64,000 nucleotides of DNA from Dicyema japonicum (lineage: Eukaryota > Animalia > Dicyemida). The translations under genes were made by a program, and so were the position numbers. Below the pieces are notes generated by a model. That model ran no database searches. It was not told the origin of the DNA and was given only the letters and a program-made list of their open reading frames with translations. The first letter of the stretch is position 1. Each line of letters opens with the position of its first letter. Below are positions 62,535 to 64,000 of this stretch, piece by piece. The stretch lies in contig RDEW01000004.1 in the NCBI GenBank assembly GCA_011109175.1, forward strand, positions 1,252,667 to 1,316,666, given 5' to 3'.

Positions 62535-63830
62535 ATTATTATTAAAAGCACTTTCACATAACCAAAGAACGTTATATTAACTAAGGTCCCGTTTGTGTCA
62601 CACGATTCGAGATTTGCTTCACTAGGCGTCTCCACCACCCTCTGCTTTACGCATCTGTCTGTATATCTTCTAGGTCTTCTGCAGATTTAAGTTCTCTTCC
62701 AATTCCATTAAGATCCTTGTTCAGAGCCACGGGTAGAGTGACTCTGGGTCTTCCTCTGAACGATGGTTTGTTCTCATTGTTAAAGTAATTGTCCATTATT
62801 ATATTTGCAGGGGCGTTTATGTCCATTCTAAGCACGTGCCCAAACAGTCTCCATCTTGATTCAATAATGTCGATGCTTATTGGCCTCGATTGTGCCACAG
62901 AGTATAATTTCTTATTTGAAATCTTCTTGGGCGCCCAAGCAGTCTCCATCTTGATTCAATAATATCGATGTTTATTGGCTTATATTGTGCCACAGAGTAT
63001 AATTTCTTATTTGAAATTTTCTTTGGCCAACCTAGGTCCATTAAATTGTGTAATTGTTTTCAATAAAATATATCCATTTTCTTTTGATTTAGCTCTGTGA
63101 CTCTCCATGTACTCGAGTTGTACATAAGCACCGGCTTTATATATGCGTTGTATAGTCTTATTCTTAGATTTGTTTTTATTAGTTTTCGTCGACTCCATAT
63201 CTTCTGCATTTTCTTATACATGGCAGTGGCTAGAACTCTTCTATACATCATGTCCTCACTATCACCAAGTAAGGATCCCAATTTCCTTATTTCCTCCAAT
63301 TTTCATCAATATATTTTAATTCCCTTGTGATTCTTATGTGTTCAGTCTTTTCCTAATTAACTCGCAGAGACCAATTCTTCAATTCTCTAGGGATATCTCT
63401 AAAGCAAGTCCAAGTTCCAGATCATTTCTGACACAAAATCTATGTCATCTGCATGAATAATTTCCATCGGCATGCGTCTTTCACATTTTGTTCTAAGAGC
63501 TCTCAATGCCGCTTCCAGGTGTACGACGAATAGAACAGGGGATAGAGAGTCTCCCAGGGGTATTCCAACTGTTGACCCGAAAGGCTTCGATGTTGTGTTC
63601 CCAACTCGTACAGTTAATTCAGTGTTAGATAATAGGAAACGGACAAGTCTTGTGTTATCCTCATAAAGAAAACTCCAACGTCCAACAATGTTTTTCTGTT
63701 GACAGTGTCAAACGCACTGGACATGTCCACTCCCAAAATCTTAAGATCACTCCTGTATCGTAGACACATGGTAGTTCTCATAATTCTTGTATTTTTCAAT
63801 AAAGTCACGTTATAAATCAAAAAGTAGGTC
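62535..63830 (-). mobile_element. RTE-like non-LTR retrotransposon, RT to 3' end, frameshifted
   Basis: ILGVDMSSAFDT; PXGDSLSPVLF; IHADDIDF; KLGSLLGD; RLYNAYIKPVLMYNSSTW; RWRLFGHVLR; RGRPRVTLP; (AAT)n tail. Contains a 95-nt internal duplication (62845 and 62940). Confidence 0.85.
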
Positions 63831-64000
63831 GAATATTTGTTGAGGAAGGACCATTAAATACTAAATGATTACTCGGATATAGAAATTAAGTAACACGCTC
63901 CAGCTGTCGAGAAACATTGGATATTACCACTGACGATGGTCATTCCCAGAAACTGCAAAAACCATCTCCGTTCATAGGGGTCTCTGAGTCATCCTTGATT

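Noticed and set aside
1-64000. CRISPR array, rRNA, snRNA or prokaryotic operon
   Set aside because: No regularly spaced repeat-spacer array, no rRNA or snRNA signatures recognised, and the genes are intron-containing and eukaryotic.

Overview
AT-rich (about 35% GC by eye) draft-assembly DNA from an animal genome, not a prokaryote. The ORF track fragments the genes because almost every intron is only about 20-27 nt. Splicing by hand gave ten well-supported host genes: afadin, NEK10, SAC1, an intronless cyclophilin, a FERM-RhoGEF-PH (FARP-like) protein, carnitine O-acetyltransferase, an unidentified coiled-coil protein, an SLC6 transporter, SDHA and a PTF1A/Fer1-like bHLH factor. Nine of the ten are on the minus strand. 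The intergenic space is filled with broken transposable elements: four non-LTR retrotransposon families (APE-RT LINE, CRE-like, R4/Dong-like with a restriction-like endonuclease, RTE-like), a tRNA-headed SINE, a Tigger/pogo element and three hAT elements. Metazoan genes, a cilia-associated kinase and near-uniform tiny introns suggest a dicyemid mesozoan (inference; myxozoans and orthonectids are alternatives). I found no CRISPR array, rRNA or intact tRNA, and I cannot claim a proven new system. The best leads are a recurrent structured intergenic RNA-like motif, a PTF1A-like factor keeping its CSL-docking motif, a 4-5x excess of CACGTG, a retroelement resembling microsporidian ones, and several splicing oddities. 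Coordinates were read by hand; TE ends and some 5' starts are approximate. Five N-joins with flanking duplications look like assembly artefacts.
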